Under the pieces are notes generated by a model. It made no database searches. It saw only the letters and a list, made by a program, of their open reading frames with translations, and had not been told where the DNA came from. Shown here piece after piece: positions 1 to 8,088 of a stretch of DNA of 32,000 bases; the stretch's first letter is position 1, and each line of letters opens with the position of its first letter. The position numbers and the translations under genes were made by a program. The stretch comes from Promethearchaeum syntrophicum (GTDB lineage: Archaea; Asgardarchaeota; Lokiarchaeia; Sigyniarchaeales; Promethearchaeaceae): the NCBI RefSeq assembly GCF_008000775.2, contig NZ_CP042905.2, positions 690,001-722,000 of the forward strand. Reading direction: 5' to 3'.

Positions 1-62
1 GGATTTCTCTTCCTTTTTTTAGTTCTGATTCTTAATAATCGCTTTTTTTCATGTAATTCCAT
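1..62 (-). CDS. rpl32e: Ribosomal protein L32e, N-terminal fragment (runs off left edge)
   Basis: Reverse complement reads ATG GAA TTA CAT GAA AAA AAG CGA TTA TTA AGA... = MELHEKKRLLRIRTKKKEEKS, L32e-like start, preceded by AAAGGAG; expected neighbour of L6. Absent from ORF track because truncated. Confidence 0.75.
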   Translation of the reverse strand, partial: MELHEKKRLLRIRTKKRKRN

Positions 63-84
63 TTTTTTTACCTCTTTATCTCCT

Positions 85-666
85 TTATTTAATTACCCAT
101 ATTTGTTTATTTCCGAGTAATTTCTCATATACATAAATTCCATCTTGGAAGACACGCTTATCTTTATTTTTAATTCTGCACCTTTTCTGAATATTCGCAC
201 AAGTTTGTCCAACTAATTCTTTATCGGTGCCAGAAACAATTACTTCTTCTTTATCTGCTTTAATTTTAACATCTCCAATAGAATGAGTGATTCGCGGTGC
301 TCTTTCTCCTAGAAAGTTCTTAATAAGTATAACATCACTCCCTTTTTTTGGAGGTTCCAAAGTAATTGGAAAATGACTGTAAACTATTTTCATTCGATAT
401 TCATATCCTTCTGCAACACCCAAAAACATATTATGCAGGATATTTTTTAGAGTAGTCGTTAGAGCAACTGTGTTTTTTCTGGGAAAATCTGCGTGCAAAA
501 ATACTTTATTACCATCAATTTTAATGTCAATTTTTTTTGCATGCCCAAAATCTTTTGTCATTGTTCCTAATTTTCCTTTTACAGATACAAGTTTTTGCTC
601 ATTTATCGTACAAACGATTCCCTTTGGAATTTCGAGTTCTTCATCAATACTAACATATTTGACCAT
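85..666 (-). CDS. rpl6: Ribosomal protein L6 (uL6)
   Basis: 193 aa; archaeal L6-like (KGKLGTMTKDF..., SHFPITLEPPKKGSDVILIKNFLGERAPR, VSGTDKELVGQTCANIQ); syntenic position. Confidence 0.97.
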   Translation of the reverse strand: MVKYVSIDEELEIPKGIVCTINEQKLVSVKGKLGTMTKDFGHAKKIDIKIDGNKVFLHADFPRKNTVALTTTLKNILHNMFLGVAEGYEYRMKIVYSHFPITLEPPKKGSDVILIKNFLGERAPRITHSIGDVKIKADKEEVIVSGTDKELVGQTCANIQKRCRIKNKDKRVFQDGIYVYEKLLGNKQIWVIK

Positions 667-680
667 GATAATCCTTCCTT

Positions 681-1073
681 TTAATATACATATACAAGTA
701 ATCTTCCCCCAATATGCCGCTCTTTTGCTTCAACATGGGACATTACTCCTTGAGATGTGGAGAGAAGAATTAGTCCGAAATTAACTGCGGGTAAATAATT
801 CTTTTCTTCAATTTCGATTTTTTTAATCTTTACTGGTTTTCTCGGTTTAATTACACCAATTTTATTTATTCGTCCTAGAAGCTGAACTCTGAACTTCCCC
901 TGTCTTCCGTCATCAATACTTTCAAAGCTTCCAATATATCCATTTGCTTGAAGTATATGGAGAACAGTTCCTATAAGTTTTGAACGTGGGTTAATAATAA
1001 CTGAACTTTGGCAAACAATTTCTGCATTTTTAATACAGCTACATGCATCTGCTAATGGGTCTAATAGTGTCAT
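681..1073 (-). CDS. rps8: Ribosomal protein S8 (uS8)
   Basis: 130 aa; [18 protein letters not shown]..., [28 protein letters not shown]. Confidence 0.97.
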   Translation of the reverse strand: MTLLDPLADACSCIKNAEIVCQSSVIINPRSKLIGTVLHILQANGYIGSFESIDDGRQGKFRVQLLGRINKIGVIKPRKPVKIKKIEIEEKNYLPAVNFGLILLSTSQGVMSHVEAKERHIGGRLLVYVY

Positions 1074-1087
1074 TTTTTCGTTTTCTC

Positions 1088-1252
1088 CTAATATTTTTTA
1101 AATCCTAAATCATTCGCTACTTCTCTAAAGCAGCGTCGACACAAATTTAATCCGTACTGACGGATGAGACCTCTATGGGACCCACAACGTCGGCATACTC
1201 TTGATCCTTTACCTTTTAATGAAATGGATGTGTTCATTCGTTTTTCGTTCAT
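1088..1252 (-). CDS. rps14: Ribosomal protein S14 (uS14, zinc-binding), 54 aa
   Basis: Hand translation of reverse complement: [54 protein letters not shown]; two CxxC zinc knuckles; between S8 and L5. Below the ORF-track length cutoff. Confidence 0.95.
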   Translation of the reverse strand: MNEKRMNTSISLKGKGSRVCRRCGSHRGLIRQYGLNLCRRCFREVANDLGFKKY

Positions 1253-1262
1253 AATAATTCAC

Positions 1263-1835
1263 CTAGTAGTATCTTTCCTCCATTTTTTCTACAATTTCGA
1301 CTTTAAATACGTTTTCCATGAAATATATTGCTTCTTGACGGGAAAGATATTGGGAAGCTCCAACTTTTCGCCGGTTTTTTTTCCGAGTTTTAATTCTTAA
1401 TCCCGGACGGGTTAGTTTAACAGACACATTAAATCCAAAAATTCCCAGATCAGGATCATATTTCACTCCTGGAATTTTAATATGTTCATCTATACCAAAA
1501 CTAAAATTACCTTTATTATCAAAGGCTTTTTTCAAAATCCTGTTATCAAATGGATCTAATGCTTTTCTTAAGAAATTAGCACAATCTTCATTACGCAATG
1601 TAACTTTTGTAGCTACTGACATATTTTTACGTAATCCCCATTCTTTAACATTTTTCTTAGCCTTTACCACAACCGGTTTATGACCTGTTAATGATTCTAA
1701 TACTTTTTGTGCTTTTTGAATTTCTACTGCACCTAAGCTACCCATACCAATATTTATTACTACTTTATCAATTTTTGGTTGTAGCATTACGTTAGATTTC
1801 CACAATTGTTTATAATCAATGTTTTTTGCGCTCAT
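1263..1835 (-). CDS. rpl5: Ribosomal protein L5 (uL5)
   Basis: 190 aa; VVINIGMGSLG..., GLRKNMSVATKVTLRN, DLGIFGFNVSVKLTRPGLRIKTRKK. Confidence 0.97.
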   Translation of the reverse strand: MSAKNIDYKQLWKSNVMLQPKIDKVVINIGMGSLGAVEIQKAQKVLESLTGHKPVVVKAKKNVKEWGLRKNMSVATKVTLRNEDCANFLRKALDPFDNRILKKAFDNKGNFSFGIDEHIKIPGVKYDPDLGIFGFNVSVKLTRPGLRIKTRKKNRRKVGASQYLSRQEAIYFMENVFKVEIVEKMEERYY

Positions 1836-1838
1836 TTA

Positions 1839-2582
1839 TTATTTCTCCATAGGTAAATCTATTACAGTATCTTTACTTCCAATTACAAAAACATAATCAT
1901 AAGATGTATTTATTTCACCGCTAGATGTTGTTATTTGAGCGAGAGATGCATTTACTCCAAATCTTTTTGTCAATTTTGAGATTAACCCAGATACTCCAGT
2001 ATGAGTTCCTCTATAGATCATTCCTTGAACATTTTCTTTAAACTCAAAATATTCCATAATTTCTTGACTTGGAATTGAAATCTTCAAAGTTCCCCGGGTT
2101 TTGTATTTTTTCTCTCCTTTTTTAATTAAAATGTTTCTACCATCATGAAGATTTAATTGTTGGATACCACCTTTGACTGTTGTGATATTATTAATTCTAC
2201 AAAGTTTAAACTTTGATTCATCCTTAGTAATCTCAGAAACCATTAATCCATGATTTTTTGAGGCTAAAATTCTATAAGCTTTATTAATTTCTGGTAATTC
2301 AATTACATCCATTAATCCTATTGGGAAATTTAAATCTTTTCTAGGAATACCATCTATTACAACTCCCTTTTTATTCATAATGAATTTGGTTTCTTTTGAA
2401 TTATCTGTAATATTTAATAAATCTCTAAGCACATGACCAAGCGGTAGACAAAAATCCTTTGGATGAGGTCCACCTTTAATTTTGAAGAAGAATTTTCCAG
2501 CAGTTCTGTCCTTCCTCCTAATTTGTAGATGTCCTGGAGTTGCTAATCTTTTTTGGTGTCGTTTATTTCCTTTGGATCCCAT
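1839..2582 (-). CDS. rps4e: Ribosomal protein S4e (eS4)
   Basis: 247 aa; MGSKGNKRHQKRLATPGHLQIRRK..., S4e N-terminus and KOW-like region. Confidence 0.96.
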   Translation of the reverse strand: MGSKGNKRHQKRLATPGHLQIRRKDRTAGKFFFKIKGGPHPKDFCLPLGHVLRDLLNITDNSKETKFIMNKKGVVIDGIPRKDLNFPIGLMDVIELPEINKAYRILASKNHGLMVSEITKDESKFKLCRINNITTVKGGIQQLNLHDGRNILIKKGEKKYKTRGTLKISIPSQEIMEYFEFKENVQGMIYRGTHTGVSGLISKLTKRFGVNASLAQITTSSGEINTSYDYVFVIGSKDTVIDLPMEK

Positions 2583-3007
2583 TATTTCTTTCCTCCTGTC
2601 TTTTTCGGAGATACATTTTTAACTTCATCAAGTTTTACCATTCTGTCCATCATTTTCTCTCTCCAAGGATCGATTTTATTTCTTTTTGCAGCTAATTTAG
2701 TTAAAATTAATTTAGAAGGTGCTATTGGTGTAAAAAAACTAGATCCATCTTTCTTTTCTTGACTTGTTTCTTCAATAGTCACTTTTCGCGTTTTTTTATT
2801 TAGACTTAAAATTTTTCCTTCAATTCCTGCGAATTCACCCTTGGTTATTCTACATTGATCATCCACTCGTAAAGGAAGACGTTTAACTCCCCATTCTTCT
2901 TGTAAGGATTCATCTAGTGGAATTGTAAATAATTTGGAAACTTGATGATTTTTTACTTTTAGTAAAGCATTTCTTTGTTTAGTTGGTTTCTTTGATTTTA
3001 CTTTCAT
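2582..3007 (-). CDS. rpl24: Ribosomal protein L24 (uL24)
   Basis: 141 aa; RLPLRVDDQCRITKGEFAGIEGKILSLNKKTRKVTIE KOW motif; synteny. Confidence 0.93.
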   Translation of the reverse strand: MKVKSKKPTKQRNALLKVKNHQVSKLFTIPLDESLQEEWGVKRLPLRVDDQCRITKGEFAGIEGKILSLNKKTRKVTIEETSQEKKDGSSFFTPIAPSKLILTKLAAKRNKIDPWREKMMDRMVKLDEVKNVSPKKTGGKK

Positions 3008-3030
3008 TATCTTTTACCTTTTTAATTTTA

Positions 3031-3459
3031 TTAGATTATTAGTGAAGCTACGTTACTTATACGTGGAAACAATTCTGCTACTTCTCTAGCGATTGGTCCA
3101 TTGATTTGACTCGCTTTTGGATCTCCATCGTCAGTAACTAAAACTCCTGCATTATCTTCAAATTTGATTCTGGTTCCATCTATTCTTCGAATAGTCTGTT
3201 TTTGTCTTACTATAACTGCTTTCAAAATTTTTCTTCTCAGATCAGGATTCCCTTTTTTAATTGAAACGACAACCATATCTCCAACGCATGCGTTTGGGTA
3301 TCTGTTAAGTCTTGTAGTTCTCCCTAATACTGCAATAATTTTTGCTAATTTTGCTCCGCTATTGTCAGTGATTTTTATCACAGATTCCGTATTTAATCCT
3401 TTAGTTATTTTAATTCGAAAAACACTAGCACTTTTTCCGATACGACGCTTCCCACCCAT
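3031..3459 (-). CDS. rpl14: Ribosomal protein L14 (uL14)
   Basis: Track ORF extends to 3534, but the L14 start is the internal ATG at 3459 (MGGKRRIGKSASVFRIKITKGL...) with GGAGG upstream; core ...ITDNSGAKLAKIIAV... and DDGDPKASQINGPIAREVAELFPRISNVASLII. Confidence 0.95.
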   Translation of the reverse strand: MGGKRRIGKSASVFRIKITKGLNTESVIKITDNSGAKLAKIIAVLGRTTRLNRYPNACVGDMVVVSIKKGNPDLRRKILKAVIVRQKQTIRRIDGTRIKFEDNAGVLVTDDGDPKASQINGPIAREVAELFPRISNVASLII

Positions 3460-3463
3460 TGCA

Positions 3464-3805
3464 TTATTCCTCCTTAATTGCCTTTTCAATAACCACGAAA
3501 GCGACAGTTTTTGAAATTTTACGACATTCTGCAACTCTTACTTGATCTCCCTCTTTTACCTCAATACAATCAGGAAGATGTGCAGTAATTTTTGATTTTC
3601 TTCTTTCATAACGTTGATATTTAGAAATGTAATAATTATAATCTCTTTGGATTACAACAGTTTTATGCATTTTAGTTGAAACAACATTTCCTTTTAGGAT
3701 TCGTCCCCTGAGCTTTAGATTTCCATGAAATGGACAATGTGGATCTTCGCAAACTTTTGCGGGAACTGCGATATTTGGTATTCCGATATTTTTTACTTGA
3801 TTCAA
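3464..3805 (-). CDS. rps17: Ribosomal protein S17 (uS17)
   Basis: 113 aa; CEDPHCPFHGNLKLRGRILKGNVVSTKMHKTVVIQRDY..., KSKITAHLPDCIEVKEGDQVRVAECRKISKT. Confidence 0.96.
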   Translation of the reverse strand: MNQVKNIGIPNIAVPAKVCEDPHCPFHGNLKLRGRILKGNVVSTKMHKTVVIQRDYNYYISKYQRYERRKSKITAHLPDCIEVKEGDQVRVAECRKISKTVAFVVIEKAIKEE

Positions 3806-4113
3806 TGTAATTTCCTCCGATTTTTTTTTCTGATTAATTTTATTCGATTTTCTGGATTTCCTTTTATTTTTGTTCCATCAAATTCGATCATTTTTTTAAT
3901 TCCATTTGGTTGATCAATCCATGAACGGAACATATATTGGTCTTTAATATAAATTTTTGAATGGTCCTCATTTTTAACCCGTAACGTGTATTTTGTTTCA
4001 TCAATAACAGTTCCAATAAATTGAAACTCGGACCAGTTTGGGTTTTTTTTACTTTTTGCATACAATTCAATTCCTATAAAGTCTAAATATATAAATGTTT
4101 GAGCATCTCTCAT
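3802..4113 (-). CDS. rnp1: Ribonuclease P protein component 1 (Rpp29/POP4 family)
   Basis: 103 aa; DFIGIELYAKSKKNPNWSEFQFIGTVIDETKYTLRV, KNRIKL-type C-terminus; synteny L29-Rnp1-S17. Confidence 0.93.
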   Translation of the reverse strand: MRDAQTFIYLDFIGIELYAKSKKNPNWSEFQFIGTVIDETKYTLRVKNEDHSKIYIKDQYMFRSWIDQPNGIKKMIEFDGTKIKGNPENRIKLIRKKNRRKLH

Positions 4114-4310
4114 ATTTCATTGATCTCGTGCATGTAGGTTAATATACGTGCAACACTCTTCTTTAATTGTTTTATTTTTGATGGGTCTGTCATCGTTCCA
4201 CCCATACTATTTGAAGCCCGAATTTTAAAGAGTTCATTTCTTAGATCAACTAATTTTTTTTCTCTTTCAATTGCACTCATATTTTCAATATCTTTCATTT
4301 TATTTTTCAT
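4110..4310 (-). CDS. rpl29: Ribosomal protein L29 (uL29)
   Basis: 66 aa; REKKLVDLRNELFKIRASNSMGGTMTDPSKIKQLKKSVARILTYMHE. Confidence 0.95.
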   Translation of the reverse strand: MKNKMKDIENMSAIEREKKLVDLRNELFKIRASNSMGGTMTDPSKIKQLKKSVARILTYMHEINEI

Positions 4311-4323
4311 ATGAATTCACCAA

Positions 4324-5289
4324 TTATTTCTCTTCTTTCTTTATTTCTTTCTTTTCTATATCAGCTTTTTTTGAAGCTTTTTTAGAAGTCTTTTTTTTTG
4401 TTGATTTTTTCTTTGAAGCTTTTTTCTTTTTAGTTGTTTTTTTTTTCTTCTTTGGTTTTTCTTCTTTTTCTTCAGATTTATCTTCTGGAGCGGTCAATTC
4501 TTCAAAAACTTCATCTTTTTTCAAAGTATCCTCATCAGTTTCCAAAATGGTTTCTTTTGAATCTGAGATTTCATCAAATAAATCATCAACCAATGTAGCG
4601 TCTTCATCAATTTCTTTAATTGGTGGAAGATCTTCTTCTTTATAGAATTTATCTACAGGAGCAACTTCTTTTGGGGCAGCTTTCTCTTCAAAAATTCCTT
4701 TTCTAATTTCTACATAATCTGGTAATAAATAATCTTTAGACATAATTGAAACCCGGATTCCCAATACCCCTGATTTTAATGTTAAATGAGCAACTCCTTT
4801 ATCGACACCTTCATATGCCGGAGTACCACACTTATTAATAACTCCTGATCTGAACACTTGATTACGAGCACGTTGGGATGTAACTTTACCGCTAATATGA
4901 ACTTCCACTCCCCGTGCGCCTGATTTTATAATTCGACGAATAATACTATATGTTGCACGTCTATAATTTTGACCCTTGTTAATTGCATAAGCAATTCTTT
5001 CGGCTTGAATTTGTGCATTTAAATCGGGATTTTCTATAGTATCAACATCAATTGTTGGTACATTAATATTAAACTTCTCTTTAACGGCTTCGGTTAGTTC
5101 TTTGATTTTTTTACCTTTCTTTCCAATAACTAATCCGGGTCTAGAAGTTCGAATTGTAATTCTTGTACCCATAGGAGTTTTTTGTAGAGCGCAACCTGAA
5201 TATCCTGAGTTATCTAATTCCGTACGTAAAAATTCATCAACTAAACATTGTTGAATCCCTTTATTAATGAAATGTTTTTTAATTGGCAT
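4324..5289 (-). CDS. rps3: Ribosomal protein S3 (uS3) with ~110-aa acidic then Lys-rich C-terminal extension
   Basis: 321 aa; RPGLVIGKKGKKIKELTEAVKEKF KH domain; ...AEGV-like VDKGVAHLTLKSGVLGIRVSIM; low-complexity tail KKKKKTTKKKKASKKKSTKKKTSKKASKK. Confidence 0.97.
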   Translation of the reverse strand: MPIKKHFINKGIQQCLVDEFLRTELDNSGYSGCALQKTPMGTRITIRTSRPGLVIGKKGKKIKELTEAVKEKFNINVPTIDVDTIENPDLNAQIQAERIAYAINKGQNYRRATYSIIRRIIKSGARGVEVHISGKVTSQRARNQVFRSGVINKCGTPAYEGVDKGVAHLTLKSGVLGIRVSIMSKDYLLPDYVEIRKGIFEEKAAPKEVAPVDKFYKEEDLPPIKEIDEDATLVDDLFDEISDSKETILETDEDTLKKDEVFEELTAPEDKSEEKEEKPKKKKKTTKKKKASKKKSTKKKTSKKASKKADIEKKEIKKEEK

Positions 5290-5316
5290 AATTTTTTCAC
5301 ATTTTTATTTTTTAAT

Positions 5317-5784
5317 CTATTTTTCCTCTAATACAATTTCAACATGGCTTAATTGGGAAAAATATGGACTTGATCTTCCATGAGCTCTTTCAATATATCG
5401 TTTAAGTGTTCGACCTCTCATAACCGCTGTGTGGATTATATGCAATCGATCTGGGTCTAATCCTTTATATTCTGCGTTTGATTCTGCATTTGTCAAAACA
5501 TCATATACAAATTTAGCTGATTTTTCTGGATAACGCCCTGCCGGGAATTTATGAAGATGCATTCCATGTCTATGTCTGACTTTTTTATTTGCTCTACGAA
5601 ATGGAACCGGTGTTTTTATAAGTATAACTCCTTCTAAGAAGGTTTTTGCTTTTTCTAAAGACATTCCTTTGATGGTATTGCATACTTCACGAGTTTTTTT
5701 TGGAGATACTTTAAGATCTCGCCCACTCGCTATTGCAGTCTTGTCTTTATCAAGCCCTGAGAATGAATATTTCCAATTTGGCAT
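5317..5784 (-). CDS. rpl22: Ribosomal protein L22 (uL22)
   Basis: 155 aa; YSFSGLDKDKTAIASGRDLKVSPKKTREVCNTIKGMSLEKAKTFLE, NAESNAEYKGLDPDRLHIIHTAVMRGRTLKRYIERAHGR. Confidence 0.96.
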   Translation of the reverse strand: MPNWKYSFSGLDKDKTAIASGRDLKVSPKKTREVCNTIKGMSLEKAKTFLEGVILIKTPVPFRRANKKVRHRHGMHLHKFPAGRYPEKSAKFVYDVLTNAESNAEYKGLDPDRLHIIHTAVMRGRTLKRYIERAHGRSSPYFSQLSHVEIVLEEK

Positions 5785-5790
5785 TTTTAT

Positions 5791-5952
5791 TTACCTTATT
5801 TTTTTATTTATATGATTATTAATTGTTAATTTGATTCCAGCAGGCAGATTTGGAATTACTCTGCGCGGATAAGGTGCATACGGTGCCAATATTTCACGTT
5901 GAAGTGCATATCGGGCATATACACGCCCCAGTTTTTTCATAACTGGGCGCAT
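5791..5952 (-). CDS. Unannotated small basic protein (53 aa) between S19 and L22
   Basis: Hand translation: MRPVMKKLGRVYARYALQREILAPYAPYPRRVIPNLPAGIKLTINNHINKKIR*; ATG 5 nt downstream of GGTGA (SD-like); TAA 6 nt before the L22 ATG; local GC is clearly above flanking spacer. Reading frame is open back to 6042. Confidence 0.5.
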   Translation of the reverse strand: MRPVMKKLGRVYARYALQREILAPYAPYPRRVIPNLPAGIKLTINNHINKKIR

Positions 5953-6190
5953 TAAATTCACCAAATCTAAGATCTTTCGATCTTGTAGTGAGTTTTCTAA
6001 AGATTGATCATTAAAATGTTTTGCGATTTGAAATTGATTTCCTTAGCGTTGATTAGAAAATCGTGAAATTTATAAAGGAAGCAGTCGGCATTGAAACTAC
6101 TTTAATTTTGTCCAATATGAATAAAAAAAGACATTTAATGATTGAGAATGAAGTAAAAATAAAAATAATTCTAAAAATTAAAGAAAAAGA

Positions 6191-6212
6191 GAAATAGAAT
6201 AAATTCTATTTC
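6191..6212. repeat. Perfect 10-bp inverted repeat overlapping the S19 stop codon
   Basis: GAAATAGAAT-AA-ATTCTATTTC; arms are exact reverse complements. Confidence 0.7.
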
Positions 6213-6622
6213 AGAGGAACAAATTGGGATGACCTAGTTGCTCCAACACCCGGATTTCCATGTTGTACCTTCTTGCATGTAGGGCTATATTCACCCAAAT
6301 ATTTACCAATATGATCCGGTGTGATTTTAACAGAAATAAATTCAAGTCCGTTATGAACTCCAATTTCCAAACCTATAAACTCTGGAAAAATTATCATATC
6401 CCTATTATGGGTTCTCACTACAACTTCACGACCATTTTTGAGGGCTTTTTTGGCTTTCTTCAACTTTTTTAGCAATTTTTTTTGCCTTTTCGGCATACCC
6501 CTAATTAAAGATCTCCTTTGTCGTGATGGAAGTAATTTGATAAATTCTTTCATAGACATTTTTCGTAGTTCTTCTAGGTCTTTACCTCGGTATAAAAATT
6601 TACGTCTTGACGATTCCGACAT
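6206..6622 (-). CDS. rps19: Ribosomal protein S19 (uS19)
   Basis: 138 aa; FLYRGKDLEELRKMSMKEFIKLLPSRQRRSLIRG..., RTHNRDMIIFPEFIGLEIGVHNG..., HIGKYLGEYSPTCKKVQHGNPGVGATRSSQFVPLK. Confidence 0.97.
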   Translation of the reverse strand: MSESSRRKFLYRGKDLEELRKMSMKEFIKLLPSRQRRSLIRGMPKRQKKLLKKLKKAKKALKNGREVVVRTHNRDMIIFPEFIGLEIGVHNGLEFISVKITPDHIGKYLGEYSPTCKKVQHGNPGVGATRSSQFVPLK

Positions 6623-6731
6623 TTTACAAAGGAGAAAAATTGATCATAAATTAATAATTTTTTGTTTTTCACCAAGTAGGTAATTTAGGAAATTTATTAA
6701 TTTCATTAATCCTTATTCCAATTATCATATC

Positions 6732-7442
6732 ATGCTGAAATTTACTCTTGAAACTGGTCGAGGAACAAAGTTATTACAAAATAGTGATAGTCCGATAGCA
6801 CTTCTCATTTCACCTTCTAATCCCACAGAGTCTCCACAATGGGATGAAATTTTGATGATTATGGGAACTCTCATTGTCCCGATTAATCATTTAGGAAGAA
6901 ATTCGAGCAACAACTTACAAATAATCATCCCTCCCTTCTCACAATATATGGTAATTAATTCGGGAAAAATTAATTTGATTCTTTCTTTTGAATCAGATCC
7001 AACAAATCATGAAATATTGTATGATCCGTATTTATTTGAAAAGGAAAATCATAAAAATTACGATCCTGAAGAATTTAAAGCTCAACATACCGTTCCCGAT
7101 GGTTATATTGATATTTTGCCGAAATGGTACTCGATTAAATTCACATATCCAGATTATAATTACATATTTATTAGCCCAGGGGTAGGAATAAGTTTACAGA
7201 TGCACGCAATGAGGGAAGAACACTGGGAAATTTTACAAGGTCAACCAATAATTATCGCTGGATCCAAAATTTCATACAATACAAAATTACACTCTCAATT
7301 TGATATTCCTTTAGGTGCTTTTCATACAGTTATTAATCCATCAAATTCAGAATGGGTTTTAATTAAAGAATCTTGTAGAGGAAAATTTGATGAAGAAGAC
7401 ATTGTGAGAATTTTTAATCCGAATCACTATTTTACTGAATAA
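6732..7442 (+). CDS. Cupin-domain protein, mannose-6-phosphate isomerase (type II)-like
   Basis: 236 aa; C-terminal cupin SLQMHAMREEHWEILQGQPIIIAGSK...FDIPLGAFHTVINPS...VLIKESCRGKFDEEDIVRI resembles M6P isomerase/ManC C-terminal cupins. Confidence 0.7.
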   Translation: MLKFTLETGRGTKLLQNSDSPIALLISPSNPTESPQWDEILMIMGTLIVPINHLGRNSSNNLQIIIPPFSQYMVINSGKINLILSFESDPTNHEILYDPYLFEKENHKNYDPEEFKAQHTVPDGYIDILPKWYSIKFTYPDYNYIFISPGVGISLQMHAMREEHWEILQGQPIIIAGSKISYNTKLHSQFDIPLGAFHTVINPSNSEWVLIKESCRGKFDEEDIVRIFNPNHYFTE

Positions 7443-7466
7443 ATTATTCCTTTTATTTTTTTAACA

Positions 7467-7892
7467 CTATTTTTTCTTCTCGTTAGAGCTTTCCAATTCT
7501 TTTTTCATTAATTTCTCTCTAAATTCTTTGGCTTCAGCTTGAATTTGGGCTAAATATTTTTCTTTTGAAAATTCTTCGACAACTTGAAGTCTATTTTTCT
7601 CTGATTTCTGAGTAATTAATTTCTGATGAGTTATTGGATGCATTTGATGCCACCCAATCCAAATTAAAGCCATTCCGATAAGAATCATCCAAAATGTTGA
7701 AATTGTGACTATACCCCATTCAAAATTAAAAAAATCTACCTCGTATATCGTTTCTAACCATGACGGTGGGATATTATCCGATTGCATATAATAAAGATTT
7801 AGGGGAATTGTGATTATCATCCACGGTAATACGATTAACCAAAATAAAATTTGACCGAAGCCAATAAATCGTCCGTATTTTTGCTCTAACAT
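7467..7892 (-). CDS. Two-TM membrane protein, distantly DPM2/PIG-P-like (hypothetical)
   Basis: Track ORF runs to 8000; likely start is internal ATG at 7892 (MLEQKYGRFIGFGQILFWLIVLPWMIITIPLNLYY...FNFEWGIVTISTFWMILIGMALIWIGWHQM). Two hydrophobic segments, charged coiled C-terminal tail; similar layout to the 9973-10302 protein. Confidence 0.6.
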   Translation of the reverse strand: MLEQKYGRFIGFGQILFWLIVLPWMIITIPLNLYYMQSDNIPPSWLETIYEVDFFNFEWGIVTISTFWMILIGMALIWIGWHQMHPITHQKLITQKSEKNRLQVVEEFSKEKYLAQIQAEAKEFREKLMKKELESSNEKKK

Positions 7893-8088
7893 TATAATCA
7901 CAATAAAAATCTTAATAAAGATAAATGTTGAAAATAAATAAGATTTTTGCGATAAGTGTTTGTAAATATTAGCTAAGATATTCAAAATAAGATTTTTCAA
8001 ATTCCATCTTTTTTAGAAAAAAGGTAACATAGGTTTTTATTAAATCATGTTGAATTGCCAATTAATTATAATACTATTGGTGAATGAT

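Noticed and set aside
470-5103. Track ORFs antisense to ribosomal genes or in other frames (470-784, 1164-1400, 2553-2762, 3164-3514, 3725-3913, 3888-4070, 4271-4645)
   Set aside because: They overlap confidently identified ribosomal proteins, have low-complexity or hydrophobic shadow compositions (e.g. FFFISFFSISAFFEAFLEVFFFV opposite the S3 Lys tail), and match no family.
6116-6199. Possible 26-codon plus-strand ORF (MNKKRHLMIENEVKIKIILKIKEKEK) behind the TTTATAAA element
   Set aside because: Low-complexity Lys/Ile composition expected from AT-rich spacer, with no SD and no family signal. Kept only as part of the spacer observation.
6260-7185. ORFs 6260-6472 (+), 6438-6683 (+) and 6988-7185 (+)
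   Set aside because: Shadow ORFs of S19 and of the cupin gene, with no protein-like signatures.
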